Positions 61,801-64,000 of a stretch of 64,000 bases of DNA are shown one piece after another (within the stretch, counting starts at the first letter, position 1; each line of letters begins with the position of its first letter). The stretch covers positions 3,300,213 through 3,364,212 of the forward strand of contig CM082589.2 in NCBI GenBank assembly GCA_040954595.2, in the 5' to 3' direction. This stretch comes from Balanoglossus misakiensis (Eukaryota; Animalia; Hemichordata). The notes below the pieces were generated by a model. It searched no databases, had not been told where the DNA came from, and saw only the letters and a list, made by a program, of their open reading frames with translations. Both the position numbers and the translations under genes were made by a program.

Positions 61801-63234
61801 GATCAGTTTACAGTGGAAGCTAGCTGGCTGAACATAACTGCCATGTTGTTTGAAGGTTGAGCATAAAATGCATGTAATATTATTATAGGTGACCAAAATT
61901 CATATATTGTTTCCAAAACAAGTTTTCCTCTTCATTTTCATGGCAACTATTAACCTCCCTCATCATACAATACCCCAAAATGCCTCAAAGATACATTCCC
62001 ACAAGGCATGATATTACCAATGTCACTTACTTTGAACCAATCACAGGCAACATCACAGCTACAGTGGGATCACGTGATTCACTTCTGACCAATCACAAAC
62101 AGCTTTACATGTGTGTATGCTGTGCTTGTTTCCGTAGACGCTTTCCATGGCCTTCTCCACGTTTTTTCCTGACGCATACAACGGACAAGAGAAACACCCA
62201 GCAACGAATGATGAACGTTACATGTACGCGAACCATCCGTCGCCGTTCTACAAGAACGCAGAAATCAAAATGATTCACGAGGTAGGGTGACTGAATACGC
62301 AAAAATGGAAATAAAAATAGTGTAATTTACAATGTAGTCCAATATTGTGTTATAGCTGTATAACTGTTGAAGTCCAAGACAAATCATTCAAGTCGTTTTA
62401 CATCACAACAATCATACCTAAAGAAAACCTTGCAGATTTGCGCATACATTTGTGTATTCTGTTTTCATCCTCGTAGAGTGCACAAGCAAATGGCAATGTA
62501 ACTGTCAAGTCCAAAGTACTTTATCCATCGCATGGTCCTCCAGCAGTCGAGTACAGTTGGAACCTGTTGAGAATTGATGTCACTAATTTATCAACAATTG
62601 TAAGTAATGATGACATTATTAAGACATTATGCCATTCAGTTTTGTTTCTTGTGGTATTCACTTGCTCTGGTAATAATCAGTCATCATTGTCACAGCTTCT
62701 GTCTCCTCTGCATGCAGTTTATGATATAAGAATTTTAAAAATGTAGATGTTTTCTCTCTTCAACTCTCTCTCTGTCCAATCTCAGTTTTCTTTTCATGAA
62801 GTTACAATACAAAGGAGGATCATAAAATCTACAATTAAAAGAAATGGCGATACTTTCAATTCTACCGATCGTACATCCTTGAATGATTTTATTCACAGGT
62901 CGATCACCACTTTGATTACGCCTTGGACGGACACCAGAGGAAGTACACCCTGCACTGCCTCTCGAACGAAACCAACTACCAAGTCTACTTGGTACGTAAC
63001 AAGGACGGCTTCGTCATCCCCTACGGCGATGTCAACGGCATATCGGTGATCGCGCTTCTCCGCATGGGGCTCCTGCAGGAGCTGAAGGATCGCTTCTACA
63101 ACTTGTTCGTCCACATGCCCCTCTACGAAGACATGGCGCCGTGGAACATCATATTCCGAGCCGGCGAACTGCAGTACATTGACTACGACACTAAAGATCT
63201 GACTTTGACGCATATGGTACCAGCTGCATACCAG
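49858..63234 (+). CDS. Uncharacterised secretory-pathway protein with three tandem [class I methyltransferase-like + kinase-like] units; 26 exons in window (49858-50166, 50637-50724, 50915-51082, 51248-51360, 51457-51603, 51821-52027, 52225-52351, 52599-52720, 52830-52901, 53054-53249, 53563-53701, 53891-55058, 55197-55386, 55580-55777, 55937-56045, 56160-56268, 56351-56539, 56809-56943, 57484-57653, 57896-58052, 58640-58712, 58893-59102, 60564-60682, 62138-62281, 62477-62599, 62899-63234); 3' incomplete
   Basis: ATG in CAAGATGGCG context and a hydrophobic N-terminus (SLFWLCIFTVII). All exons join in phase at GT-AG with no stop over 5,118 nt. Motifs SYLEIGTG (unit 1) and YEDMAPWNIIF...LQYIDYD (unit 3). 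The gene model is strong; the functional call is weaker. Confidence 0.82.
52131..52191 (-). mobile_element. Internally deleted copy of the TTAA/piggyBac-type MITE
   Basis: ctaacccattcaccaccatggtttgatccaaattca...ggtgaagttaa matches the MITE end in reverse orientation. Confidence 0.55.
53438..53526 (+). repeat. 89-nt intronic fold-back (perfect 11-bp terminal inverted repeat extended by G-U pairs)
   Basis: ccccctggaca (53438-53448) / tgtccaggggg (53516-53526), with inner aggc/gcct and ccag/ctgg stems. Confidence 0.7.
60335..60427 (-). mobile_element. Full-length copy of the TTAA/piggyBac-type MITE (intronic)
   Basis: The reverse complement ttgaccctctcacccccatttccctgtgaagaggtcc...ttggaccaaaccatggtgttgtaaaggtcaa is colinear (93 bp) with the 32878 copy. 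Confidence 0.75.
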
Positions 63235-64000
63235 GTATGTGAATTTTACGGCCTACTGCGGTCGATAGAGCCAAATGACTGTGGACTTTCAGGTGTACCA
63301 TATTGTCATATTGTCACGACTCTAGTGCAGTTTAGTTGCTCAGTATATATTTTTTTTTCTGAAAATAAATTATCACAGTATGGCATAATTTTGGTGAAAC
63401 CTGCGATTTGTGTTTCGATACTGGCAATTTTATCAGTTTGATACTTTTATCATTTTGATGAAAACATTCATCATCTCCATAGGAGCTCTTCAGTTAACTT
63501 TGGTATTTGGAGAGTGTTAGTCAAATAGCATACCACTGTTTGGTTGTACCATCCTCTACATCCCTTCAGTTTCTGCAGCAAGAACAGACAAATAAGCACT
63601 GTGAGGGAGTTGAATACCACTTGAGAAATAATCCCTTTGTAAGAATTGATTTGAATCCGAAAGAGGATTTTGTTTTATTGAGGACTGGTGGCTCTAATAG
63701 GGGGCATAATACAACCCTCCCGGGTGTACCGGTACATGTATTACCCTTGCAGCTGGTGTCACAAAGCAACCACCTTGACAAAATTTGCACACTCCCTCAT
63801 AAACTCACAGGATAGAGACCAAATGTCACCCTGTCTATTCACTTAGCCCATCACTCTGGATAATCCACTGACATGCCACTCTACAAGCTAGCTGGCTTTT
63901 TTGCCACAGCTGTTGAAATTCAACATTTGGCTGAAATTCCTAAGGTGTGTACTAAACTGATATGGGAGGACCCATCAATGCTGGTAGATATTGAATTGCT

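Noticed and set aside
49858-63234. Recent horizontal transfer or bacterial contamination as the source of the WbdD-like gene
   Set aside because: It has at least 25 spliceosomal introns containing host-type repeats, so any transfer would be ancient and cannot be shown from this sequence.

Overview
This is eukaryotic (marine invertebrate-like, possibly non-vertebrate deuterostome) intron-rich genomic DNA holding three protein-coding genes, which I reconstructed by following GT-AG splice sites and reading phase. (1) A complete 4-exon C8orf74 homologue on the minus strand (1802-3415). (2) A giant RP1/RP1L1-family gene on the minus strand (CDS 5866-42671, about 90 coding exons, roughly 5,500 aa by estimate). 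It encodes 2 doublecortin (DCX) domains, 2 PLAT domains, a beta-trefoil region, a Pro-rich linker, 32 more PLAT domains in strict A/B alternation and an Asp/Glu-rich tail. Clusters of RFX X-box-like motifs lie near its 5' end. (3) A divergently transcribed, uncharacterised plus-strand gene (from 49858, 26 exons and about 1,706 codons so far, running off the window). It encodes a probable secretory-pathway protein with three tandem [methyltransferase-like + kinase-like] units: the SAM-binding motif is best kept in unit 1 and the kinase catalytic motifs are intact only in unit 3. This gene is the most novel element in the window. Also present are a ~90-bp TTAA-flanked piggyBac-type MITE family, other fold-back elements, microsatellites, and signs of exon-level gene conversion in the PLAT array.
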